Origin: Octopus sinensis
Taxonomy: Eukaryota
Reading direction: 5' to 3'
Length of the DNA stretch: 64,000 nt
NCBI RefSeq assembly: GCF_006345805.1
Contig: NC_043006.1
Coordinates: forward strand, 24,924,001 to 24,988,000
Position numbers and translations under genes: made by a program. This document shows, piece by piece, positions 11,490 through 24,722 of this stretch; within the stretch, counting starts at the first letter, position 1, and every line of letters starts with the position of its first letter. Below the pieces are notes generated by a model. It made no database searches. It worked only from the letters and a program-made list of their open reading frames with translations, and had not been told where the DNA came from.

Positions 11490-12520
11490 TGTTGTAGTGA
11501 AAGTCATTGACGCCCCTGCGGAATTGGAAGAACAGACTAGCTGAACTCTTATAAAAGTAGCACATTGGTTGAAATGAAAGAAAGTTGTAGGAGTCGTTGA
11601 GAGTTTGTGGAAATCTTAAGAAGTTGTTGTGAGTTTGTAATTATTGGAGTATCATGTTTAGTGGAGTATTTTGAAGTACATCATGTAAAGACAGTTGTGT
11701 CTATCTCCGCTTCATGAAATCTGTATATCCAATGTATAGAAGGATATAAAAGTGGTGACAAGTTTATTCGAAGCCTGCATCTGATATCAACATTTTCTTT
11801 GGATACAAAATCAAAAAAAAATTAGTTAACATAGAAGACCTATTAGCCTCCATGGTGCAGTTGCAACAGCAACAGAAACAACTGTTACATTAGCAATTAC
11901 AACAACAACAACAACAATACCAACAGTTGCTGGAATTTATGTTGAAGTCCAAAAATACTTCAGGTTCGTTCTCGCCAGACAGTGTAGCAAATGCAATTGC
12001 AGAATTTAGCTATAACCCAGAAGAAGGTTTTACATTTTCTGCATATTTCTGAGGATATGAAGAAATCTTCAAAGAGGAACGCAAAAATTGGACAGACGGT
12101 GAAAAAGTATGATTACTTTTAAGAACATTATCACTTGCCGAACATGAAAAATACTCCAACTACATTCTGCCGAAAAAAAATGTGAAATTTGTTTCGATGA
12201 AACAATTAAATTGTTATCAAAAATTTTCAATGAGAGAAGTTCCCTGGGAGTGTTTGAATTTAGTTAAAAAAAGATGATTAAGATTTCATCACCTCTACTG
12301 GAGTTGTCAATCGAGAATGTGAAAAATTTAAACTAAAAGAATTAAACACCAGACATGTTCAAATATCAACTTTTTGTCCAAGGTTTAACTGCAAGCAAAG
12401 ATGCAGAGATAAACGCTCAGTTATTGACAAAATTAGAACAGATTTTGACTCTGCAGGCAGTGGCAGTGGAATGTCAGAGAATTACTTATCTGTGACATGA
12501 TGATGTCTTGCAAACAACTT
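11490..12520 (+). mobile_element. Gypsy (K02A2.6-like) LTR retrotransposon 5' part: LTR, PBS-like site, degenerate gag
   Basis: TGTTGTAG start; tggtgac at 11753; poly-Q then FSPDSVANAIAEFSYNPEEGFTFSAYF..YEEIF..W.D..KV..LL..L...EHEKY.NYILP. Confidence 0.8.
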
Positions 12521-12544
12521 GCACATGCAAGTGTTACCAGTCAA

Positions 12545-12940
12545 AAGCTCCGTATACCGGAAGCCAGCAAGTATATGGGGTCATCAGGAAAGAATGTGTG
12601 CTGTTTCGGAGCCTACCTCTTGACGGCATTAATGCGCATCGGTCCCCCTCACTGATATGAGGCCCCGCTTGCTAGATCAGCTGGTTATTAAATTAGCTCA
12701 ATATCCTTCTAGCCATCGCTCATCGTCTCTTTTTAACCAAATTCAGTGGCTAGCCTTCTCCACTGTAGATTGGATATCGGTCATGGTGGTATTGACTTTA
12801 CGATGAGTTAGGCCTAGAGATAACAACAGTCGTCTCACACTGTGTCCAACGAACCCTCTACATCCGATTTCGATTGGAAAATATTCGCTTTCCAGCCTGC
12901 GTCTTCACATTCAAAAGGATTACTCTCACATGTATGCGTG
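12545..12940 (-). mobile_element. HERO-clade RLE LINE 3' end
   Basis: CEDAGWKA....EIGCRGFVGHSVRRLL.SLG..VEKASH*IWLKRDD followed by 3' UTR. Confidence 0.8.
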
Positions 12941-13639
12941 TTGACCTGTAACAGATAAAGAAAAAGAAAAATGAAGATCAAGACCTAATCCATACTATGT
13001 GTGTGGAGGTCTCTTTCACTTTAAGACAAAAGTAAATGAATAAAAATTTTTTACAGAAATTAATGAATGCAGATGACAGCTCTGCAAGTCAAAGTGAAAG
13101 ATCACCTAAGCAACTTTCTTTATTATAATACAGATGTAACTAATTCGGAGAAACATTACTTTCATTATTTACACATCGTCAGTCTCATAATCAAACATTG
13201 TAATTTTGATTCAAATTGAAAGTGTGAAACTATTTTCCCTTTCTAATGAAACCTGGTCGTTGTAGCTTTCAATATCAGCACATTTCACTGTTGGGTGGAT
13301 GGATGGGTGGGGAGGGGGATAAAGTCACATACATATACTAAGACACACACACAGACATACATTAACGCACACCTCAAGCTTATCTCTGTCCCTGTGCGTG
13401 TCTGTCTGTGTCTTTAGATGTGTGTGTGCATGTGTCAGTCACAAAAATGTATGTATACTGACAGACACAAACACCATCACACACATATATTTGTCAGTCA
13501 TTGGCCTAATGTATATAACGAATGTTGTGCGAACACACTTATATTGGAAATACGACATCATCATCGTTGTGGTGGTGGTAAAAGATGTTGTTTATGATAG
13601 GTGACTAAAAGAAAAATGATAATGTTAAATTTTTGTAAT

Positions 13640-13810
13640 GCAAATATGTGAATGAAAATATAGTTTAGTTGGTAGCCAAAAGCTTACTGAATCTTTTGAT
13701 ACCCTGTATGTCAAAATCGGCAACTCAGTTTTGGAATGCATGAGGAACATACACACACACACACACATGCACATACACACAAACTCTCCTTTATAGATAT
13801 AGATAGATAA
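13640..13810 (-). mobile_element. Possible non-autonomous Helitron 5' end
   Basis: Minus strand a|tctatatctataaaggagagtttgtgtg followed by microsatellite; resembles 52790-52990. Confidence 0.4.
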
Positions 13811-14149
13811 AAAAACAGACCTAGTTGAAAATAGCGTTTTTAGGGTACCAGTTATTATGATATCAGTATTTTCTATAAAGCCCTAAGTTGAGTTTCTGCC
13901 CAATCATATATAATCATATGATAATTACTGTGATGATAATTATCTTTCATCAAAAGATATTGGGATTAAGTAAACATTTAACCAGTTATCTATTAATGTT
14001 ATGCCTAATTTTAGAGAAGTTTGATTGATTTTATTGTTTGAGTCATTGAAATTTGAATAATGAACTTTGACATGAGAGTTGGTTTCTCAGAAACCTGCTT
14101 CAAAATTTTACCTACCACCAATTTTTCATTTCTTTTTCTTTTTTTTTAA

Positions 14150-15480
14150 CTGTATGGTAGGAATTTCAACCGTATTTCATGGTCTGCTACCACAACAGCT
14201 TCTTTATAGGATCCAGTTAGCTCAAGACATCATCAGGAGGAACCACGTCCGGTTTCGGCCCCTACTCCTCTACCGTTTTGACAGGGTGGGGGCCCTCCCC
14301 CTTTCGGAGGTGTCTTCAGCTCTAGTGTTGGGTGCATGTCTTCTTTCTTCTGTTCCCTGGCCTCTTCGATGTAGTGTCAATGAGTGTCAGTGGGCGACTG
14401 ACTGACTTGTCAAATTTTTTCCCTTTAAATACCTGCTGACAGGCTCCAGCAGGCAGCCCCAGCAAGTTGTCACGTGACACTGTCTCAACTTTAACTGACC
14501 AATGAAGGCACGTAGTCTCAGCCCATGCATTCTCTAAATGACCATCATCTGTCAATCAGCAAAGCTAATTCAGTGTCAGCTTGTCTCACCTTGTAATGTT
14601 ATTTTCCTGCCGGCATGTTATGACTTTCAAGCCTTTTTTGGTCTTCCCGCTTCAGCCATATATAGATGCTGACTTTTTTGACTGCCTCCTGTAGTCTCCT
14701 TATTAGTTTTCTCAGCTCCGAGCTAGAAAAAACAAACCTTCTTTTGAATAGCATTGTCATTTTTCTTTCAATAAAGCTCCTAGCCCCCACTGCCAGGTGG
14801 TAATACTCGACATTCCATCCCTGTTCTCTGCACTCTTCAATTAGTTTTTCGTACCTCTTCTTTTGTTTCTCTGCCGATGTTCTCTTCCCATGGCACTGTC
14901 TGTTCTAGCAAAATTCCTATTCTCCGTTCTCTGTCCCATAGGACTAAATCTGGTCTTTTTGTCGTTCTTATTAATCGAAATATTACTAGTCTTTCCAAAT
15001 CCGTGGCCAGCTCCCAGTATCCCTTCCATCTTTCGTCTATCTCGTATATTTTATTTGTAGGCCTGGTTTTATATCCTTTTCCCTCCTTCTGGAAGTATAC
15101 TTTCCTGCGCTTTTCCACTTTTGGGTGCTCTCCCATATTGTACCTCTTGATCTTCTCCTTGAGTGTTGCACTTATGATGCTGGGGACTTGATTATGACAC
15201 CATGTATGCCTTTCTAGTGCTAGTCTGCAGTTTGACAGAACATGTCTAACCGTTGCTTTTTCTTCGCACCTACACTCATCGGTTGTTTTTATGTTCCACT
15301 GGACTAAGTTCACCGGTGAAGGTAGAATGTCAAAGGAAGGATGTTCTTGCTTGTTCCCAAGCCCAAAGTTCCTTCCATGATATTCTGCGGCTGATCACAT
15401 ATTCCTCCCATCTCAAGCACTGTCCCTGTTGACTACATTGCACCAAATGTACATTTTGCCTTTCTTCTTCCTCATAAGAG
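14150..15480 (-). mobile_element. HERO-clade RLE LINE, 5'-truncated (CCHC knuckle, RLE, 3' UTR)
   Basis: QGQCLRWE..ISWKELW.WE; LPSPVNLVQW..CRC..TVRHVLSNC..RHTW.HNQV; RPDLVLW..LEQTVPWEE; VGARSF..IWLKR. Confidence 0.85.
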
Positions 15481-16069
15481 GTGTATAATAAGTTAGATCT
15501 GCAAAGTAATTTTGATTCCAAGTTGAAGCTGTTTTGTTTTACACTATATATACCTTTCAGAAGACGAGCTTTATTTTTCCTGTGCCATCCTCCTCTACAA
15601 CACTGGACTTTTCTAACAAGTAAAAAAAATTATTTCATGAAAAATTGTGTATGTATATTTTGTTTTTAATTTGTATTTGCTGGTCAAGGTTCTTGTTTTT
15701 ATTTTTTAATTCATTTAATGGTTTTTGTTGAATTTGTGAATGAGAGAAAGAAAGAGAGAGATAGAGAGAAAAAGAGTTGATGAACCAAATGATTTTTTCA
15801 GTTTCTGGTCTAGTCTTCTCACACTTGTCAACTTGTATTCTGTCCAACATGAAGTTGTTAAACAATAGTGAAAAAAGAAAACACTTAACTTCATATCTTC
15901 CTACCTTGTCAGTAGCAGTGGTTTTGACAAGTAGGTTTATCTTTGATAAATTATATAGGTGAGGTAGTCAGTCAGTGAAAAAAAGTACAGTAACAATGAG
16001 CTAACTTGATATATAAATTCTAGGATTACATATGGTGAAATAACATTTACAATGAAGGTAACAAAAACA

Positions 16070-16298
16070 TATTTCTTTATTACCCACAAGGGATTAAACA
16101 CAGAAGAGACAAACAAGGACAGACAAATGGATTAAGTTGACTATATCGACCCCAGTGCGTAACTGGTACTTAATTTATCGACCCCGAAAGGATGAAAGGC
16201 AAAGTCGACTTCGGCGGAATTTGAACTCAGAACGTAACAGCAGACGAAATACTGCTAAGTATTTCGCCCGGCGTGCTAATGTCTCTGCCAGCTCGCCG
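16070..16298 (-). mobile_element. SINE family 2, young copy
   Basis: CpG-rich, near-consensus reverse copy. Confidence 0.88.
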
Positions 16299-17833
16299 AA
16301 AAACTACACGATATGAAGAGGTAGGCTAGTTCAACTGAATATATTATTGATTACTTTCTTACTAACTTAGAAGTTTAACCACATGATCTCTGGTTAAACC
16401 TCTATGTTCATACATGATTCAGTCATGTACATATGCTACCCTATGAATTATGTTGAAACATTTATCATTTCCATATTTAGTTACATCAAATGTTGTTATT
16501 GTTGCCTTTGTCTTTCTTAATCCAAAAGTTATGTGCAGGAGTCAATTCAGTTAAATCTATCCTTTCCCTGAAAATACCAATATTACAAATCATTATTGAT
16601 ATAGATCAAGAAATTACAAAACGTTGTATTCAAAATTTATAGTTACAGTTGATTTTTATCCATTTTCTATGTCAGTGTGGATAAAGTTTTTAATTTATAT
16701 CCACTCCTCAACACATGCAAATCAGCACATTTTCATACTACATATTTTTTTTTATCAATCTTATAATGGGTTGATGCCCAGCCTACTGCTAACTACTCCA
16801 CCATGAAAATAGAATCTGTTTTCTTGGATAAACTGGGGTTATTTTGCTTTGAGATTCAATTCAATAGTACTTAGAGCACAGTATGAACTTTTAAATGTAT
16901 GTTTAATAGGAATGAATTTTTAATTTCATACAAATGGTTGAATAAAAGAATAGGTGACTGAATCAACTCTAATATACTGCTAGCACTTATTTTATCTTCT
17001 TCAAGGGGCAAAAGATAAAATAAACCCTGATGAACTAGTGAGGTTTTACAACTTATAGAATAAGGTGTTCTATTTTTCATTGTATAAAATTATTCATGAT
17101 GTAATTTTTTTTTATCCAAAATAGTTTGAAATAAGTCAGTGATGAAAGGATGCTGCAAAAATATGATTTATTTATGTGATTATTGTAATGACTGATCTTT
17201 TCTTTTTGATAAAACTTTTATTTTGTTCAGAATATTTGAGGAACAAAAGATACTGAAAAAGATACTGTGTGAAAAGTCTGGCTGCATCCGAAAAAATATA
17301 TATCATGAAACAAAAAAAAACACAAAATTTATTACACGAATCTGTTACCACCATGACAGTCAACTATTTGACGCTGAACACGAGTTTGATGTTGAATACA
17401 TCCACGAATTTTCCGCTCAGATAGCTCTTCCCAAGACTGCTGGTAGCGTAGAAGTATTGCCATTCTATCTATCTATCTCACTAATTTGTTCACCTCGCCT
17501 GCGAGCCATCTAAAGTTAATAATGATTCTGATAATTCCACGTGTAAACATGTGTTGAATATAACTCACTGAATAAATCTTAATTAACTGTGTTGTCAATT
17601 GTATGCGCCTGACATATGCTAACGTGTATGCAGCCAAACTTTTCAGACAGAGGATACATTGGCATAAAATGTTGCAGCCAAAACATTAAATAGCATTGCT
17701 CTATATAATAAACAAAACAGATCAAATAATTTATGTCTTGTGACAAGAAAACATAATCGAATGAACACTGCAAGACCAGTTTTAGTGTTACGACATTTAG
17801 GCTTTCAATATTTGATGACTTCTTTCAATATTT

Positions 17834-18210
17834 GGAGTGGCTGTGTGGTAAGTAGCTTGCTTACCAACCACATGGTTCCGGGTTCAGTCTCACTGCGTGG
17901 CATATTGGGCGAGTGTCTTCTACTATAGCCTCGGGCCGACCAAAGCCTTGTGAGTGGATTTGGTAGACGGAAACTGCAAGAAGCCCGTCGTATATATGTA
18001 TATATATGTGTGTGTGTGTGTGTTTGTCCCCCTAGCATTGCTTGACAACCGATGCTAGTGTGTTTACGTCACCATCACTTAGCGGTTCGGCCAAAGACAC
18101 CGATAGAATAAGTACTGGGCTTACAAAGAATAAGTCCCGGGGTCAATTTGCTTGACTAAAGGTGGTGCTCCAGCATGGCCGCAGTCAAATGACTGAAACA
18201 AGTAAAAGAG
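17834..18210 (+). mobile_element. tRNA-derived SINE family 1 (gtggctgtgtggtaag..) with internal (TA)/(TG) tract
   Basis: A/B-box-like head ggttccgggttcagtc; tail gactgaaacaagtaaaagag; multiple copies in the window. Confidence 0.88.
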
Positions 18211-18975
18211 TATACCACTGCTACCAGATATTTGGATGTAAAGAAATACTACATGTTTTCAACAAGGTAGACTGAAGTTAAGTGGTTCTGTCCCTTTTAC
18301 CCTTTTATTGAGACCCAATATAATAACTGTAACGAGATTTGAACAAATCACTAGATAGTAATCTAATAAAAAAAATACAAAATTTGTGAATTTGTGTGGT
18401 TTCTACAAGAGTTAAAAAGATATCCTTACACTAGAGAAAAATTAATTTTATACAAAAAAGAGAATGTTATCACTAGTATTGAAATTATTTTACCAAATTT
18501 TAACAGTACACATATGTTACAGAATCAGAAATGGAAAAAGTTTCTTTATAATATAGAATTATATGAAACTGATTTTTCATGAGGCATAAGAATGGCTGTG
18601 TTGTAAGAAGTTTGCATTCCAACCACATGATTCCAGGTTCAATCCCACTGTCTAACAAGTATCTTCTGTTATAGCCCTATGGTGATCAAATCTTTGTGAG
18701 TGGATTTGGTGGAGAGAAAATGTGTTTGTGTGTGTATTTGGAAACAGTAGATCTCAAAGCATATAAAGCTATGAAATAATAGCATGTAAAATTTTGGGTT
18801 GAGAAACGCTTTTGGATAAAGAAAGTTGACAGTTATTATTTATAGCTTAATTTGCTTCATGAACCACTGTTCCAAAAAAGAATTATTTCACCTTCTCTTG
18901 AAAGTATAGCTGGTCGTGGAAGCATGGTGAAACCATCTAATAATAACCCCATTCAGAAGGCTGGAATATATATAG

Positions 18976-19706
18976 TGTGCCAGTGAGGGAAAGAGAGAGA
19001 CACAACTGAGTAGAATGTTCGAGAGAAGATTTATTGATAGGTTAACATGTGTGTCCATGTGTGCATCATGGATACAAAATAATTGACAGGTCGTCGTGAG
19101 AAAAAAGTGTGTGTGGGTATAGACATGGATGTATGCATGAGCTACATATAAGAATAACAGTGAAGGTGAAAGTGAAAGAGTCTATAATGAGAAGTTAGAC
19201 GAATATTCATAGACACAAGAATGAGAAATATCAGTTTGTCGTCAGTTGTACACAGTAGTTGAAATACTGTATCAAGAAGTTATGGCGATGAAGCAGAGTC
19301 AGTGAGGTACGTGTTGTATGAAGTTGTGGCTCTAATTCTGCGGCCTGGGTCACTTGTATATAGTAGTTCTTTCAGGCTCTATATTCGCTGTTAACCATGG
19401 TGAAATAACTTACAAACAGTGCTATGTTGGAACCTGTGCAGTGTTGCTTGTACATAGAGGATGTTGATAAGATGATGGTGGCAACGAAGACAGAAGTTGC
19501 TGTAATGTTGTTGGCATTGTCACTGGATCTGGCTGTATCTTGTGTGGTCAGTGACTGGACCCTAAAAGGTCTGGAACCAAAGACCTTGAGATGAGGAGTA
19601 GCTGGGTTTTTTATAAGGAGCTGTAGGCTCAAACTGAGTTAAGAACAGGCTGTCTCACATGATCTTATTTAGAGCTTCAATTGGTTATACGCTGCATATT
19701 TGCACA
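18976..19706 (-). mobile_element. Solo LTR, 731 bp
   Basis: TGTGC...GCACA inverted termini; 4-bp TSD ATAG at 18972-18975 and 19707-19710; AATAAA near the minus-strand 3' end. Confidence 0.8.
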
Positions 19707-20265
19707 ATAGAGTAAGAAACAAACTGTGCCAATACCAACTAATCAGAGTAGTTGACACAATGGGGTCCAAATAGCTGCCAAAGGTTAGCTGTTATCTGCT
19801 ATGTTCAAATGCCCGTATATATAATAAAGGGGAGAAGAATTTCAGTAGAGTGTACGCTACAAAAGTTTTTAAAATTCTTATGTCTCCTTGCTTTGACATC
19901 ATGTGATAGTTGCAAAACAAGAGTCACCATCATGCAAGTAGTATCCTTTGTTCCTGACTTGAAAACATGTCTGGTAATAGGGAAATATTACCTTATTTGG
20001 GAACAGGTGAGAGTTGGTGACCAGAAGGACATCCAGCTGTAGGAAATCCACCTCAGCAAAATTCTGTTGAATCTAGACAAGCATGAAAAAGTGGATGTTA
20101 AAATGATGATGTTGATGAGCTGCTTTTCAATGGATTGTGCATTCTGCACTGTATTTACATCCTGTAACTTTTGCCAAACACAACACAACTTTATATTTTA
20201 TTTTTACCATCAGACTACTTTGTCAGAATAACTGTGTATGGTTAGCAAACTTGTTTTAATTAAAT

Positions 20266-20374
20266 GTTTCGGTGGCACAATCGGTTAGCGCACCGTACTT
20301 ATAGATAGTACCTTGGCTGTGTGAGTCACGGATGAGGAATGCGGAGGTTGTGAGTTCAAACCTCACCTGGGACA
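20266..20374 (+). tRNA. tRNA-Ile-TAT: tRNA-Ile(TAT) with 35-nt intron (20304-20338); probably a decaying pseudogene
   Basis: TGGCACAATCGGTTAGCGC D-arm; CCGTA-CT-TAT-A/A-TGCGG anticodon arm; GTGAG-TTCAAAC-CTCAC T-arm; acceptor stem with 3 G:U pairs; D-stem A12:C23 mismatch. Confidence 0.8.
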
Positions 20375-20419
20375 TTGATAGTTTATTTATATATATATTG
20401 ATTTGACTGGTATTTTTAG

Positions 20420-21595
20420 GTACATGAAGCTACTGTCCCCCATCCCAGGGTATCACGGGCCCATACCTCCCACACCCTCAGGGTTGGCACTGTCAACGTT
20501 GGCACACTGAAAGGTAGGTCTAGTGAGATTGTTGAGATGCTTGAATGGAGATGTATCAATATGTGCTGCATCCAAGAAGTAAGGTGGAGAAGTGGTTCTG
20601 CTAGGTTCCTCACAGGCAAAAAACACAGGTACGAGATTTTCTGGGCAGGGAACACTGACGGGGTTGGGGGCGTGGGTATACTTCTTGTGGAAAAATGGGT
20701 AGATAAGGTAATCGAGGTAGTCAGAGTATGCAACAGAATACTTACGATTAGATTAGTGCTTCATCATGGGTTAGCAAACACTATATTGGCCTATGCCCCT
20801 CAACTGGGGCTACCCGTTGGACAGAAAGACTGATTCTATGACACCCTCTTGCAGACTACCTTGTTGACAAATGACAGGGACCTTCTCTTTTTGGCTGGTG
20901 ACTTCAATGGACATGTTGGACAACATATAGGGGGCTTCCATGGTGCACATGGAGGCTATGGTTAAGGTTCCCGCAATAAGGAGGGAACCAGGCTGCTGGA
21001 GTTCTGCAATGCAAATGATCTTATGGTTTGCAATACTAACTTCAGGAAATCTGCCAAAACTTTCCCAGGTGAAGAATGTACCCCACAACATAGACTGGTA
21101 GTTAGTGACTTTAGGATCAGGGCTAAGTGGACGCCCAGAAGATGACCAGCATGGAGGAGAAGGGTCTGGAAATTTAAAGATCCTGCAAATGGATAGAGAT
21201 TTAGAGACATATTACTCGAAGCCTTTGACGAAAAAGAAGGGGATATAGCTTTCACATGGTGTAGAAGACAACTGGAGGTTTCTATGGGACAACCTGCTGA
21301 GAGCTACTGACCAGATCTGTGGATGGTGCAAAGTCCCCTCACGACCCAAAATAATGTTGCCAGTGCCGCTGGACTGGCTCCTGTGCAGGTGGCACATAAA
21401 AAGCCCTCGAGCCAGTGGCATATAAAAGCACCCACTACACTCTCAGAATGGTTGGTGTTAGGAAGGGCATCCAGCTGTAGAAACTCTGACAGATCAGACT
21501 GGAGTCTGGTGCAGCCATCTGGTTCGCCAGTCCTCAGTTAAATTGTCCAACCCATGCTAGCATGGAAAGCAGGCATTAAACGATGATGATGATGT
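20420..21595 (+). mobile_element. RTE LINE: AP-endonuclease region joined directly to the 3' tail (large internal deletion)
   Basis: VGTVNVGTLKGR..CCIQEVRW..GVGIL..AYAPQ..GDFNGHVG; then RTE tail ending (GAT)n. Confidence 0.85.
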
Positions 21596-23592
21596 AAATG
21601 AAAGTGAGTTATTATTGTTCTAGTTTACACAAAATCAGCCCTGACTGAGAAGATATACAATAAAAGACATGCTTGTCTTTTTGTCTATTTGGAACCTCAT
21701 TGTCCACAGTGTCCCCCACTTTTTAGAGATAGCTGTGTATAATTTGAGGGAGAATTGACTGATATTTTAAGTGACTACATAGTCCACCTTGTTGACTCAT
21801 TATTACTATAGTTATTTTGTTGGTGATAATGGCAAAGGAGGATTAAGCAGAAATGTTATTAAATAGCTAAATTTTATCAAAATTGATAAGGAAGTAGATA
21901 TAATATTTAGGTTAAGTTTGTAGACTTTGACAGCAGTATTTGTTTTGTTGAATCTCTTTCCTTTATTATTAATTAAACATTAATTATCTTGAGTCTATTA
22001 TTCTACATAGGTCATATATTTAGATTTTTTACTCTGACACTTCTTCACTATTTATAACTATTTTACTGTGTCATTTAAGCCTATAGCATATGCTTCAGGA
22101 AACAATTTTCAAGATGAACCAAAGTGGAAGTCACAAAGTGACCATATGATTGGCTTGAAATAGCAGTCAAATTTCTCTTAACTTATGCACTACTGCCTTA
22201 ACATAAAAAAATACATTGAATAATGGTGTCTCAGATTCACTGTTCTTGCAAAGAAGTGGTAGAAAAGAACAGAAAGCCTTTGATCATAAGTCTGTTTGAA
22301 CAGAGCTGAACTGGGGGCTAAACCACAATGTTGAAGTTTAACCTATTATATATAATGTTCAGCAAATCTCTATTTTAGTATCTACATAATACACCACTTG
22401 TAACTGTAGGTACCACTTACCTTGCTGAGTACATTACACACCACATTACCATTTTGCATTATTGATTTTGTTGCATATAATCTTAATGTTTTGCATAAGC
22501 TGTATAGTATATTCTAGTTACCTTATGATTTTGCACCTGTTTTAATTATGTCTACATTGTTGTGACAGTTGGCTCCACAATTTTACTTACCTATTGAAGT
22601 TGACTAAATTAACTAAATTAACAACTGTTAGAATTATTAATGCCAATAAAATATCAAAAGTTAAGCAGGTGCTTAGCTCTTAATTGCTTAATCAGAGGAA
22701 GAAAGGCAGCATTCAAGACCTTTTTCAGGGCTTCTGGGAGGAAGAGGGGAATTTACCCTCAAATCAGGGATCTGATCTGAATGTTTACAAGTGGACCTCA
22801 CTAAAGCACCCAAGAACCAGGTAGGGATGTTAAACTGAGTGATGGATTATGTCTATCACCATTAGGTCTCATTTTAATGGTAATAAGTGGATGAAGGTCA
22901 AAATGCCTCTTATATTGGCCAATACTAACTAAAATTCTGAGAACATCTGACACATTCCCTACAGCAAAGTGAGCTCTAGCATGTGGATTATATATCTAGA
23001 TTGCAGTTTAAAGTTATAGATTTGAAAGGTATTTTGTAAATTTAATACTAGCTTCTTTAGAAGTGTAGTAAAAGAATTGGAAATCTTATAAATAATCCTA
23101 AACAGAGGCAGTTATTTAGAATAATTTCAACCTGGTTCAAAATATACTCTCCTGACTCAACTGACCAGCCAATTGCTGTCATATTTATAATCAAAACAAT
23201 TTTATCAGAACTTTATATAGAAGTCATTAGCAATTTATAAAACATGAAGTAGCTTCATCCAGGGATTATAAGTAGACTTGGTTCCCAGGAGTCATCTCAA
23301 TCTGTAATGTTTATGCTGAAGAAATTACTTGAGTGTATGCAAAATTAAATGATTATGTGTTAGCAATTGCGTTGTTATATTTTGACACCAGCAGCTATAT
23401 TCTAGTTGTTGGTTATCTAACTGATTGCTTGTCTACCATGTACAGTCATTAGACTGCTATTTTCTTGAGAAAGTCAAGAAAAATATAAGTTGCATTTATC
23501 AGAATAAATACATCAAGTGCAATATCCTTGACGAGATACCGTTCATAGCTCATCAGCTGACTGGTTGACACTTTATAAACTTAATCATTATA

Positions 23593-24722
23593 CAGGTCAT
23601 CATCAACTTAAAACCTGTCCATCTTACAACCAGTCGACTTTACGATGATTGACACACCAGCTTCTGGCAGTAATAATAAATAGTCCGGTTGAAATCTAAT
23701 GGGTTTAATTTCTTAGAAATTAACCTGTTATCTCAAGTGTTGGATGAATATCCCATCGTGAAGATATTGAGCCAACCTTGTATTTGCTTATAAGATGACT
23801 GCTTGAGACTCCGAAATGTTTGACCAATACCAGGCTCTGTAGAGCACAACTTTTCCAGTGACTCTGTGTGTCTTGTCTTTTATATTTAAAAAAAAATATC
23901 CCCTAAAATGTCTGCAAAGAGGAAGCTGTCTTCATTTGCTCCTCAAACTGCCAAGAAGTAAAGAATAGCCATTGATCTCAACACAAAAATGATGGTGATT
24001 AGATAGTATGAGTGAGAAAAGAAAGTGAATGAGATCACACATGAAGTGAAGTTACCACACTCTACTGTTTCAACAATTTTGAAGGATAAAGAAAGGCTTT
24101 CTGAAGCTGTGAAATGTTCAGCATCCATACAGTCTACATTTATAACAAAGCAGTGGACTGGGCCCATCCTTGAAATGAAAAAATTGCTACGAAAGGAGTT
24201 ACACTACAAAAGGATTATCAGAAGGTTTATTTCAACTGAATAAACCTCTTGCACACTTTAAAGCAATGGACCCAATCATTGAACGATTGAATGGATGGCA
24301 CACAATGTGTTTTGTCCATATCATGAAATTTATGAAAAGAAAAAGAAACAAACAATTCAGACAAAGCTTACCATGTTTATCAAAAAATCAACTCCAGCTA
24401 CTACAACTGTTACCTCAGCAAACAACATCGAAGATCCACAGCCAAGCACCAGTCTACAATAAATTTTTATATAAGTTTTGCAAGTGTTTCTTAAACTACG
24501 TTGTGCATTTCTTGTATTTGCATTCTTTGGTACTTTCCTTTGAACAAATAACACTCTGGTAGTATAATACAGAATGCTGTGTGTGACTTTTACCTGAGAA
24601 TTTACCGTAAGAATGTAAAAATATAAAGCAAAGCTATGTAGGCCTATAGGCCAACTTATAACTAAATTGACTTACTACCTGTCAGTCAGAACCAATGGTG
24701 GTCTTAAGTCAACAACGACCTG
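23593..24722 (+). mobile_element. Internally deleted Tigger element
   Basis: TA|CAGGTCATCATCAACTTAA ... TTAAGTCAACAACGACCTG|TA; LPHSTVSTILKDKERL..ITKQ..PI.EMKKLL HTH remnant. Confidence 0.85.

Noticed and set aside
17223-17513. 96-aa ORF in a non-repeat-looking region
   Set aside because: No recognisable domain in any frame; length is compatible with chance
23520-23570. LMSYERY GPCR-like motif and CTGATGAG on the minus strand
   Set aside because: Short chance match; no transmembrane context and no GAAA or stems
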